DNA of 63,676 bases, counting the filler, from Chiloscyllium plagiosum (Eukaryota): the NCBI RefSeq assembly GCF_004010195.1. It is 5 parts of one record of this genome, joined end to end, with 100 filler letters (N's around TTAATTAATTAA, not from the genome) between each part and the next. Parts side by side here need not be neighbours in the genome. Positions count along the whole stretch, not along the records: positions 37,858 to 48,126 come from NC_057716.1; positions 48,227 to 58,346 come from NC_057716.1; 3 more parts are not named here. One strand, 5' to 3'. Shown here in pieces: positions 38,875 through 50,153 of the stretch. Positions within the stretch are counted from its first letter, which is position 1; every line of letters begins with the position of its first letter. Position numbers and translations under genes: made by a program. A model generated the notes under the pieces. It had not been told where the DNA came from. It searched no databases and saw only the letters and a program-made list of their open reading frames with translations.

Positions 38875-39180
38875 TTAGATTAGATTACAGTGTGGAAACA
38901 GGCCCTTCGGCCCAACAAGTCCACACCGACCCGCCGAAGCGAAGCCCAACCATACCCCTACATTTACCCCTTACCTAACACTACGGGTAATTTAGTATGG
39001 CCAATTCACCGACCCTGCACATCTTTGGACTGTGGGATGAAACCGGAGCACCCAGAGGAAACCCACGCAGACACGGGGAGAACGTGCAAACTCCACACAG
39101 TCAGTCGCCTGAGGCGAGAATTGAACCCGGGTCTCTTGCGCTGTGAGGCAGCAGTGCTAACCACTGTGCCACCGTGCCGC
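38875..39180 (-). mobile_element. V-SINE (HE1-like), full length and young
   Basis: GCGGCACGGTGGCACAGTGGTTAGCACTGCTGCCTCACAGCG head, V core, (AATCT)n tail. Confidence 0.95.
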
Positions 39181-39709
39181 ACACCGTGTGCGTGTGTGTC
39201 TGTGTGTATTCCTATTGATGTAGCTGTCAGTTTATATGATGCTGTGACCTGCTGCCCTCCCTCTCTGACCGAATTCCAGACTGTTTTCAACCACCATCAC
39301 TGTCTGTGCAATGGAGTGGAGAGGCCAACAGAATGTAGAATTCCATCACATGAAGCAATGCAGGGACCATCAGACCAGTCCCACACAGGATACACACAAA
39401 CGCTAATACACACAGTTACACACACTTATACATACACGCAGATGCAGACATACATATACACACAGAGACACACAGATACACTGACATGAGACAAACATGG
39501 GAGTCAATCGGTATTTCTCTTTCCCTGTGGCAAATTCTCACTATTTCACCCACTCTGTCAGATGGGTAACATTGTTTCTATTTCTCTGTTTGCAGCATGT
39601 CATTTTTTTTTCCTCTGTCTTTGGGATGTGTGTTATTATTCCTGACTCGTTTTGAGTCAGTGTATGCCTTGATCACGCCAGTGAGTCTGTCAGTATTTCA
39701 ATTGTTCTG

Positions 39710-39950
39710 CAGGAGAAAGTAAGGACTGCAGATGTTGGGGATCAAAGCTGAGAGTGTGGTGCTGGAAAAGCACAGCAGGTCAGGCAGCATCCGAAGATGG
39801 CATTGCAGGCATAAGCCCTTCATCAGCTCTGTCTGTAATCCGAATTCTGACTTGGCCTGCTGTGCTTTTCCAGCGCCATACTCCCGGCTTTGATGTCCAA
39901 CATCTGCAGTCATTACTTACTGACCTGCTGTACTTTTCCAGCACCAAGTT
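39710..39950. mobile_element. Penelope terminal-repeat fragments in inverted arrangement
   Basis: GGACTGCAGATGTTGG...GCTGGAAAAGCACAGCAGG followed by its reverse complement. Confidence 0.75.
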
Positions 39951-40269
39951 CTCTTTCAGTTATTTTGACTGGAGTGTGACACTATGACAACTTCGATGCT
40001 TGTTGATGTCATCAAACCTGAAAAAATTGTAAAGTGTGTGGAGGAAGGAGTCCAACAACAACAGGACAACGCTAACTTGGTGTAGAGTTCAGGTATATTT
40101 CATACAACGATAAATGCAGGACAGTGTGAGGTGATGCACTTTGGAAGGAAAACTGGGGTTGCAGGTGCAGAGGTACCTGGGTGTATTTGAGCACAGATGA
40201 TTGAAAATGTCAAGACAAGTGGGGAGAGCAGTAACAATCACAGATTAGTTTCAGTAATTGAGCTGTTTA

Positions 40270-41003
40270 CAGGACGAGTGTAGGAGTGAGCCCCCATGCT
40301 CCCTTCCTGGGAGGTGGTGGTGACGATGTGTTGTGATCCCACCTTCCTGCCCACCGCGACCGTGAAGATTCCATTTGTACCAGCAAGACTAAAAAGGGGG
40401 GTGGCATCAGGGCCACAGCTTCTAGGTTGTGCCGGGGGGAAACAGAACAGCCAGTGTATTTAAAGTGAGAATTGCCCTTCACTGAACATTGCTCCTTCCT
40501 CGGTCGGTGGGACGTGGATGTTTCAGAATCTCCACATGAGGCATTCCGGTCCTCTCCGGCTCCTACCAGGGTCGTCCCCACATGGCGGGGGGAGGGGGTA
40601 AGGGAACGGATATCGGGCACTCCACCACCCGGCTTGGTCCTTTCTGTCCTATTCCAGGCTGTCTCTCCTGGAACGGGAGAACAGGAGTGAGTGAGTGAGT
40701 GTGGGGCCTGCTGATATTATATTCTAGGTGGGGGGGTGCGCGGAACGAAGAGGTTTTCGGTGGGGGTCTGTCCACAGTGTTGTATATATGCAGTATTATT
40801 AGTGTAGGGTGTATACTGGAGGTGAGAGAAGCGGAGAGAGGGAAGATGCTGCATATAGTAGTGAGAGCGGTGGAGCATGAGCCTTGTTCCGGGGTAGGTG
40901 CTGTAACAGATATACAGTGAGTGTGAGGGAGCATAGAGAATACAGTGACCCTTATCCTGACAGAGTGGGGAAGGTTATTCATGCTTGTCCTGTATTGCTG
41001 GAT
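40270..41003 (-). pseudogene. Harbinger-type Myb/SANT gene relic (copy 2; exon 1 truncated by a Penelope insertion)
   Basis: QQYRTSMNNLPHSVR|ATAAGG (decayed donor); TTCCAG| followed by TAWNRTERTKPGGGVPDIRSLTP...GEDRNASCGDSE. Confidence 0.75.
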
Positions 41004-41004
41004 A

Positions 41005-41268
41005 TTGTCCCAGTTGTCCCAGTCGAATTCATGTTGCTTGTCTCCCAACACTACCATTATAGGGCAAGCCAAACAAAGAACAGCCAGGGAATTCCTAGAA
41101 GCATGGCACTCATCCACAAACTCCATCAACAAACACATCGACCTGGACCCAATATACCGGCCACCACAGCGGACAGCTGAAACTGACAACCAGAAGCGGC
41201 AGGGACAGGCCACTATAAATGCCGAAGGAAACACCACAGAAGCGCTTCACAGGAGGATCCCAAGCACT
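41005..41268 (+). mobile_element. Penelope-like 3' fragment (second family) with 5' inversion
   Basis: NTTIIGQAKQRTAREFLEAWHS...INKHIDLDPIY on +; the preceding DKQHEFDWDN is on the - strand. Confidence 0.85.
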
Positions 41269-41339
41269 ATTAGTATGGCACAAGGGAAATATGGAGCTGT
41301 AAATAGATGGAAACTCCGCATCTTGTAACTTTCGGCATG

Positions 41340-41702
41340 TGTTGCAAGTTTCCCCACACTGGGCAGTGATCTAACACTATGTTACTGAGCAATGCACTGG
41401 GGTGGTGGACACAGTTCCATACCCTGGTCACATATATCATCTGGGTTTATAGATTCAATGCACTGCTGTGGTCTGTGTATCTTTCCACTCTGGGTAGATT
41501 GGGGTTGTATTGTACAGTACACCAGTCCGGTTTGCATAGTGCTCCCTGCTGAACACATATCTCATCTGGGTTTATAGATCAATGCACTACTGAGGTCAGC
41601 ACAGTGCTCCACTCTGGACCGATTGCAGGGTTGTGTTCAGCAATACACGAGCCTGGTTTGCGTAGTGCTCCACGCCGAATAGATATCTAGTCTGGGTTTA
41701 TG
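41340..41702. repeat. Diverged tandem repeat, about 125-bp period
   Basis: CTGGGTTTAT at 41441, 41566 and 41692, with colinear flanks. Confidence 0.8.
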
Positions 41703-41986
41703 TTGTCTGGGCTGCTTCTCTGAGGTGGATTGAGAATGTAATACAACTAATGATTTCAGCTGATATGGCAACGGCTTTACTCCAGCGCATATAGCCCCAG
41801 CCTATTCATACCCTCCGTGTAGCTCAACATCACCTGCTCCTAACACCAGCAACATACTTGGAAAACTTTTCTGCAATCTTTCAAGTTTAACAACATCTTT
41901 CCTATAACAGGGAGAACATAATTCAAGGCAGTATTGCAGAAGTTGCTGAATTTTGTGTGTAGGCGGAAATGACTAGTCCAGAAATT

Positions 41987-43175
41987 GAGGATTAGTGTCG
42001 ATAATGTGGTGCTGGAAAAGCACAGCATGTCAGGCAGTACCTGAGGAACAGGAATATCGATGTTTCAGACAAAAGCGTTCTCGGATGCTACCTGACCTGC
42101 TGTGTTTTTCCAGTACAACCTCTTAACCCAGTGTATATCCCAGATGGCCTCCTTCTTCAAAGACTGCAATTTCCCCTCCCACTTGGTTGATGCCCTCCAG
42201 TGCATCTTATCCACTTCCCACACCTCCACCCTTGAATCCCACTCCTCCAAACGCACCAGGGAAAGAACACCTTGTTCCTCATCGCCCACATCACCAAACT
42301 TCCAGTTACAATGTATTGTCGTCCCTCATCTGTGCCACTTAAAATCAGACCCCACCACCAAAAATGTATTTCCCGCCCCACCCCGATCTGTGCCCCATAA
42401 AATACATTCCCCGTGCGACTCCCTTGTCAGGTCCATGCCACACATCAACGAACCCTCCACTCCCTGCGCCTTCCCCTTCCCCCGCAGGAATTGGAAAACC
42501 TGCACCTTCACCTCCCCACTCGCCGTCATCCAAGACCCCAGAGGAACCTTCCACATCCATCCGAATGTTTACCTGCACTTCTACACATGTAACCTACTGG
42601 AACAATTGCTGCCGATATTGTCTCCTCTACATTGGGGAGACAGGACGCCAACTTGCGGAACACTCCAGATAACATCTGTGGGACACCCGCACCAACCAAT
42701 CACACCGTGCCATTGTTGAACACTTTAACTCCCCCTCCCACTCCGCCAAGGACCTGGGTTTCCTCCACCACCACTTCTTAATCAACCGACGTCTGAAGGA
42801 AGAAAGCTTCGTCTTCCGTCTCGGGACCCTGCAACCACATGCGATCAATGTGGATTTTAGCAGTTTTCTCATTTCCCGTCCTCACTCCCCTTACCCCAAA
42901 TCTAACCTTCCAACTCAGCACGGTCCTGTTGATGTGTCCTACCTGTCCATCTTCTTCCCACTTATCCGTTCCACCCTCGTCTCCGACTTATCACCTCCAA
43001 CCCTAACTTCATCGACCTATCATATTCTCAGCTACCTTCCCCAACCTATCCCGTTCCCAACACGTGAAATGTCGATTCTCCTGCTCCTCGGATGCTGCCT
43101 GACCGGCTGTCTTTTCCAACACCACATTCCCGACTCTGATCTCCAACATCTGCAATCCTCACTTTCTCCCTTGAG
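41987..43175 (+). mobile_element. Penelope-like 3' fragment preceded by inverted terminal-repeat pieces
   Basis: CLLYIGETGRQLAE; homologous to 53058-54006; possible TSD TCCAGAAATT at 41977 and 43184. Confidence 0.88.
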
Positions 43176-43572
43176 TTAGTGTATCCAGAAATTTTCCCAC
43201 CATACATCTTATGCAGTTAGTCTGATATTTTATCCCTGTCTCCTTTTATAAACATCGTGAGAAATGTACGAAAATGCAGTTCTCTTACAATACCCATACA
43301 TTCAAGGAAAAATATTGAAAAATTGAAAGATTTGTAGTCCATCCATCAGTAACCCTCATCCATTCCATCCAGACTGAGTAAATATTCCCTTTTATTGTGA
43401 TATATAATGTGATGTAAGGAAGTGGTTAACTGAACCTGTTTGTTCAGTGACTGTGATTAATGTCAGTCTCCATGGATTGTAATTATCTAGTGTAGTGTTT
43501 CCATCTTCTAATCATAAATGGGCTCCGGTTAATGTGTTATCACACAGTACGAGTGGGATCATCACCAACAGC

Positions 43573-43831
43573 ATGAATAGGGATCAGTGGCTCCAGAGAC
43601 AGGGCGAGGAGAGATCAGCATCTGAGAACATTAGACTGGAATGTTACAACAATGGATCAGATCTGAGAACATTAGACTGGAATGTTCCAACAATGGACAA
43701 GAGTTTATCCAATTTGGTTTGGTATCTTTCGACATATTCTGATTGGTTGTCATTATCATCGCGGATCTATTGTGCAATTCGCATCATTCAATATTTTTAT
43801 TATCCTCTCCTGTCTATCGTTGGTGTCCCTG
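43573..43831 (+). CDS. First coding exon of a GPR139/GPR142-like orphan GPCR (N-terminus plus first half of TM1); alternative start at 43693; exon 2 not in this scaffold
   Basis: ...RIIQYFYYPLLSIVGVP-G|GTAAGT, phase-1 donor; YYPxLxxxGxP TM1 signature of the GPR139/142 group. Confidence 0.75.
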
Positions 43832-44887
43832 GTAAGTCTCACTGTCCAAATATTTTCTCTATAAACCAGTTACGACTGCATTTCTGTTCCTTCATATAGT
43901 CTACTCTTTTTGCAACCAATAGTGCTCCTGTTAATACTTTGAATCCAGTTCACTTTCTGTCTCCCTCCTTGCATCTGGCTGTATTACCCATGGATCTCTA
44001 TGTAGACCTATTCAGTTGCAGATGTGAGCCATTGTCACTCTGTCCTTGTTGTATAAATATTGGAAGCTTGGACGTCATTGTCGTCTATTATGTTTACAAA
44101 CTCTATTTCCTTCCTGGGATTCCAACCCATCCCTGGTCAATATACTTTATTTTCATTCATTTCTTGGACTTGGGCATTGCTGGCTTCCCAGCATTGATAG
44201 CCCATGCCTATTTACTCTTGAGAAGGTGGTGGTAAGCTGCCTTCTTGAATTGCTTCAGTCCACTTCCTGTCAGTTGACTCATAATGTTGGTAGGCAGGGA
44301 ATTCCAGGATTTTGACCCATCGGCTGTGAAAGGAGGACTGTGAAAGAACAGCAAGGACTGTGAAAGAACAGCAGTATATTTCCAAGTCAGGGTAGTGAGT
44401 GGCTTGGAGGGAAACTTGCAGGTGGTGTTTGAATCAGACGAATGACAACTTTGATGCTCCCTTTGGCCATGAGCTGATTTCTGACACATTGCCCTGGCCA
44501 TTATTAACTTTAACTACTCACTGCTCCAGAATATACTTCAGTGGCTTGACTCATCTGCTGTTTGAACCTTGAGCTGTGAAATACAGACTTAATGCTGACA
44601 ACAATCTGATGCTGACACTCTCGGGTTGAAACCTGCAGAAACAAATCTGATTGGAACCGTCCTTCTGACATTGCTGTTCACGCTGATCTATATCGCCATA
44701 GTGTCTGCAAATGCCTTTATCTTAATATTCTCAAACACTTTAACTCAACTGTTCATGAAACTTCCCTCAGTCTCTCTTTGTCGACTATCCAAATCCCTGA
44801 CAATGGTTCATATTTAGCCTGGTTTCCTTCATGTGTATTTTCTCTCACGGAATGATTTTTGCATTCAACCACTCCAAATGCATTAAC

Positions 44888-45022
44888 AGACACACACACA
44901 CGCACGCGCCCGACCGTCTGCACACACACACACATATGCACACTCACTCACACACAGACAAACACGCACACACACAAACACACAGGCACAAACACATGCA
45001 CGCATATGCAAACACACACGCA
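44888..45022. repeat. Degenerate (CA)n tract
   Basis: Directly visible. Confidence 0.9.
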
Positions 45023-45522
45023 TCCCTTCCCTTATACTGGTCCAATGGAGATAGAAATCCTTACTCTTATAGATAGTAATCTGATGTGTGTATCGTTCCT
45101 ATATGATAGTAAAGTTTTGCAATACTCCCCATGCTGGGCAGACAGTGCAGTTTACTGACCAATACAATAGCATAGTCTGCACAGCTATGTTGCTTTGTCA
45201 TCTTGTCCCAGCTTATGTTGTTAGAAGTGTCAGGTGAAGAAGATTCAGAATTTAATGGAACAAACCATATCAGCTCATCTGAAAATACTTTTATTCAATG
45301 TTCTCAATCTTGTAATTTTGCTGTCGAAGGATTCACTCCTCCAGTTAGTCCCACTGCCCTGTCTTTTTCTCCATTCTTCCACAACATGCTCACAGGTACT
45401 TAACTATCTGTTTCTGTTTTTAATGTGAATCTCCCTGACCCTCTGTACCTTTCCGTGGCCTTAGTTTCTGCCTCCCTAGTGTATCACTGCTGGCATTGTG
45501 AACCTCAGAAACAACGAGATGT

Positions 45523-45666
45523 TGTATATCAGGCTGTTGTTCACTTCCCGTTTTGTCCCATGTGGTGCTCCATGGGCAGTGAGGTGTATGTCGAGCTGTT
45601 GTTCCCTTCCCGGTGTGTCCCATGTGGTGCTCCATGGACAGAGGGGTGTATGTCACGCTGTTGTTT
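45523..45666. repeat. 62-bp tandem repeat, about 2.3 units
   Basis: TGTCCCATGTGGTGCTCCATGG at 45554 and 45616. Confidence 0.9.
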
Positions 45667-45669
45667 ATT

Positions 45670-46030
45670 TGCATCCCTATCGGAGGAGGTATCTGAAGAG
45701 TCTAAGAAGGTGAAGAAAGCCATCTGAATTGCATATAAGCTTGTGCCAGAAGCCTACAGACAGTGTTTCAGGAATCCAAAAAAGGTCCCTGGTTAAACGT
45801 CCATTGAGTTTCAAAGAATCAAACAAAGTAATTTGAAAGGTGGGTAATATTGAAAACAGAGCAAAGCCATGACACTCTTAGAGAAATTCGTATTTCGAAG
45901 GAATTCAAAAATTCACTTCCTGCAGTAGTGAGAACTCGTGTCGCAGAGCAGAGAGTTACAATGGCAAGATTAGAAGCTGAAATGGGTGATGATTATGGGT
46001 TTATCCACAAATCAAAGTTTGGATTCCATG
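45670..46030 (+). mobile_element. Gypsy (Gmr1-like) gag fragment, SCAN/capsid-like region
   Basis: AYKLVPEAYRQCFRN...EFKNSLPAVVRTRV...MGDDY; homologous to 61640-61950 (-). Confidence 0.85.
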
Positions 46031-46726
46031 AGGGCTTGAGAAGAATGTGTGAGATCTTCTTAAAATTTTTACCTTTGAGAGTAAGGTTAACTGGCATAGG
46101 CAGGAGTAGCACGTAAAGGGGTTACAGATTTAAGAGGTCCAGAACCATGTCTTCTTTTATGCTGAGACATGAGGAGACATGTCATTCAGAAGGACTATGG
46201 AAGAGATGAGAAATGCTCCATTATGTAACGTGAGGTTGGAGTGTCCGATGAATCCATCAACAGAAATATTTCACAATTGGGAAGGAGACTTTGAGCTTGG
46301 TGTTGGTGTTACAACATTTCAGAATTTAAATTGCCAGTCGCGTGTCTGAGTAATCTATATACTGATCATAACGTCGAAACGTTTTATAGAAATGTAGGGA
46401 GAAAACTTCTAGTCTGTTCAATTTGGAAGTTGTACAGGTGACTGGACGAGAAGCTGTACTTTCTGACGAGTTGTTGAGACTTGGATGAAGAAAAACAGAG
46501 GCGTTCTGTGGCAGGAGTAAACTGGCTGAAATAGAATGGAGTTGTGAATATTTGCAGGCTTACAGAAAATGTCATGTATAAGTATTATAGTCTACTAAAA
46601 CAGTAAGAATAATGGGTTTAAAATGAAACCACCGTTGTGTTATGATGGTACATTTTGTCAAAGGGTGTGTGTGTGACGATACTGTCATTTTGAAAATGAT
46701 ATATCCTCTTCTGTTTTTTTTTTAAT

Positions 46727-48126
46727 ATAGAACATGGAACATATAAAAATACAGCGCAGTACAGGCCCTTTGGCCCTCGATGTTGCGCCGATCCAAGGCC
46801 ACCTAACCTACACTAGCCCACTATCCAATGCCCGTTTAAATGCCCATAAAGAGGGAGAGTCCACCACTGCTACTTGCAGGGCATTCCATGAACTCACGAC
46901 TCCCTGATTAAAGAATCTACCCCTAACATCTGTCCTTTACCTACCACCCCTTAATTTAAAGCTATGCCCCCTCGTAATAGCTGACTCCATATGTGGGAAA
47001 AGGTTCTCATGGTCAACCTTATTTAAACCCCTAATCATCTTGTACACGTCTATCAAGTCACCCCTAAACCTTCTTTTCTCCAATGAAAACAGCCCCAGAT
47101 GCCTCAGCCTTTCCTCATACGATCTTCCTACCATACCAGGCAACATCCTGGTAAACCTCCTCTGCACCCGTTCCAGTGCCTCCACATCCTTCCTATAGTA
47201 TGGCGACCAAAACTGCACACAATACTCCAGATGCGGCCGCATCAGAGTCTTATGCAACTGCAACATGAATTCAGGACTCCGGAACTCAATTCCTCTACCA
47301 ATAAAAGCCAGTACGCCATATGCCTTCTTCACAGCACTATTTACATGGGTGGCAACTTTCAGAGATCTGTGTACATGGACACCAAGATCCCTCTGCTTAT
47401 CCACACTACCAAGTATCCGACCATTAGCTCAGTACCCCATCTTCTTTTTACTCTTACCAAAGTGAGTCACTTCACACTTACCTACATTGAACTCCATTTG
47501 CCACCTTTCTGCCCAGCTCTGCAGCTTATCTATATCCCGCTGTAAACTGACACATCCTTCCTCACTGTCAACAACTCCACCGACTTTCGTATCATACGCA
47601 AACTTGCTCACCCAACCTTCTAGTCCCCTCCTCCAGGTCATTTATAAAAATGACAAACAGCAATGGTCCCAAAACAGATCCTTACGGAAAACCACTAGTA
47701 ACTGACTCCAATATGAACCTTTACCGTCAACTACTACCCTCTGTCTTCTTTTAGCCAGCTAATTACTAATCCAAACCTCCAAATCACCATCAATGCCATA
47801 CCTCCGCATTTTTTGCAGTCGCCTACCATGGGGAACCTTATCAAACGCCTTACTAAAATCCATATACACCACATCGACCGCTTTACCCTCGTCCATCTCC
47901 TTAGTCACCTTCTCAAATAATTCAATAAGGTTTGTGAGGCACGACCTGCCCTTCACAAAACCATGCTGACTATCCTTGATCACATTATTCCTATCCAGAT
48001 GTTCATAAATCCTATCCCTTACAATTCTCTCTAAGACTTTGCCCACAACAGAAGTGAGACGCACCGGCCTATAGTTACTAGGGTTATCCCGACTCCCCTT
48101 CTTGAACAAGGGAACCAAATTTGCTA
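46727..48126 (-). mobile_element. Young CR1 LINE, RT and 3' end
   Basis: NYRPVRLTS, QHGFVKGRSCLTNL, DFSKAFD, RPHLEYC; AGAACAT tail. Confidence 0.96.
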
Positions 48127-48226
48127 NNNNNNNNNNNNNNNNNNNNNNNNNNNNNNNNNNNNNNNNNNNNTTAATTAATTAANNNNNNNNNNNNNNNNNN
48201 NNNNNNNNNNNNNNNNNNNNNNNNNN
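48127..48226. other. Artificial scaffold linker
   Basis: N44-TTAATTAATTAA-N44. Confidence 0.97.
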
Positions 48227-48430
48227 GTTAAAAATCACACAACACCAGGTTATAGTCCAACAGGTTTAATTGGAAGCATACTAGCTTTCGGAGCGATGCT
48301 CCTTCATCAGGTGATGAAGCGTCGCTCCGAAAGCTAGTGTGCTTCCAATTAAACCTGTTGGACTGTAACCTGGTGTTGTGTGATTTTTAACTTTGTACAC
48401 TCCAGTCCAACACCGGCATCTCCAAATCGT
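48227..48430. mobile_element. Inverted pair of Penelope-type terminal repeats (third family)
   Basis: 48227-48300 is the near-perfect reverse complement of 48320-48391. Confidence 0.8.
48282..48310 (-). ncRNA. Minimal hammerhead ribozyme motif (CUA cleavage triplet)
   Basis: CUGAUGA-A-GGAGC-AUC-GCUCC-GAAA-GCUA. Confidence 0.65.
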
Positions 48431-49195
48431 GGGGAAAACAGATTGACTTTTCGAACAATTCACGCACTATATCATTTTTTGAACCTCTACAAGGTCGAAA
48501 TTTGACTCTAATCAGCACGAATTGATGTATTTTCAGTAATCTCGGGCCTAAATTTTGAAACGCAATACTGAAAACTCTTCCTTCTCCATCAAATCACAAT
48601 TGTTAGTTTATTCTAGTCACCGTGTTCAGACATATTATGATACAGCTCTGTGGCATTTGAACCTCGTCCTTTGGGCCCAGAAGTAAGGATGCTACCATCA
48701 CGTGGCATTATCCCTTAAATCTGCAACATTATTCTCCTGTGTTTGTTCATTAGCCTGCACTGGCATCATGCGACATACCTCCGTAACAGGCAGGACTTGA
48801 ATTCAGATATTCAGGTCTAGAGCTACAGACACAAGTTCAGGAAATGGTATCAAATCCTGACTCTGGGTTTGAGGCAGAGGCACTACCCATTAGACAAGGC
48901 CAAACGATCCCCCAGATTTTGCGTCACGTTTCCAATGCCAGCTTTCATCTCGGCATGGATTCATTAAAATCTGGTTAACTTTACTGAATTACACAAAACA
49001 AATGCAAAATATAGGCCTCAACTGTAGAATATTGAGTGCATTTGTTTTGCAACTGAGATAAACGTTTAGAGGGTGACAATATAATCCCCGTTTTCAAGAA
49101 AGACAAGTGGCATATTTCTACGAATTTCAGACGAGCCATTCTTACGTTTGTGGCGGGAAAATGATTGGAGTGGATTCTGAGGGACTAGAAATATG

Positions 49196-50095
49196 ATTAT
49201 CGGAAAACTGTAGTTCGATGAGAGTTCTGTTTTGTAACTGCGAAGGGCATGCCTCACAAACCATATCAAATTCTTTGAGGATGTGACAAAATACATTGAT
49301 GAAAATAGAGCAGTGAATGTACTGTACATGGATTATTGCAAAACGTCTCATCCGGTTCCCCATAGTCGGCTCATTCAGAAAATAAGGAGAAAGCGAGAAC
49401 AGCAGACGGTGGAGATCAGAACTGAAAAATGTGTTACTGGAAAAGCGCAGCAGGTCAGGCAGCATCCAAGGAGCAGGAGAATCGACGTTTCGGGCATAAG
49501 CCATTCTTCAGGAATGAGCTGAGTTCTGAAGAAGAGCTTATGCCCGAAACGTCGATTCTCCTGCTCCTTGGATGCTGCATGACCTGCTGCACTTTTCCAG
49601 CAACACATTTTTCAGCTCTTTCAGAAATAAGAATGTATGGGAAACGGGAAAAGTTGGCTGACTGGGAAGAGAATTGACTGGACCATAGAAGACAGAGTGT
49701 GATGGTAGATGACATTATTCCGACTGGAGTTCAACGTCCAGGCGTGTTCCAGAATGGTCTGTTCTGGGACATCTGCCCTTTGTGGTTTCAATAAATGACT
49801 TGGATGAGGACGTGGAACGATACATTTGTATGTTAGCCGATGACAGTGAGTTTGAAGGAGTTGTGGATGGGTTGGAGGGCTGTGGTAGGTTACAATGGGA
49901 CATTGACAGAATGCAGAAATGACTGAGAAGTTGCAAATCGAGTTCAACCTGGAGAGTTGTCAAGTTATTCACTTTGGTAGGTCGAATTGGAATGCAGATT
50001 ACAGAGTTAAAGGCAGGATACCTCGCGTGTGGAGGAACAGATGCATTTTGGGTTTCATGTATATAGATCCATCAACTTTCCCAGGTATTTGATAG
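49196..50095 (+). mobile_element. CR1 RT fragment, left part; continues at 54007-54630 after the Penelope insertion
   Basis: FFEDVTKYIDENRAVNVLYMDY and INDLDE...LADD peptides; reading resumes after the TSD. Confidence 0.88.
49387..49620. mobile_element. Hairpin mini-element of two head-to-head Penelope terminal repeats, with hammerhead cores at 49484-49511 (-) and 49526-49553 (+)
   Basis: About 90-bp inverted arms; imperfect TSD TTCAGAAA(A)TAAG at 49374 and 49620. Confidence 0.88.
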
Positions 50096-50125
50096 GTCAG
50101 GCAGCATCCAGGGAACAGGAGAATC

Positions 50126-50153
50126 GACGTTTCGGGCATAAGCCCTTCTTCAG
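50126..50153 (-). ncRNA. Minimal hammerhead ribozyme motif
   Basis: CUGAAGA-A-GGGC-UUAU-GCCC-GAAAC-GUC. Confidence 0.7.
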
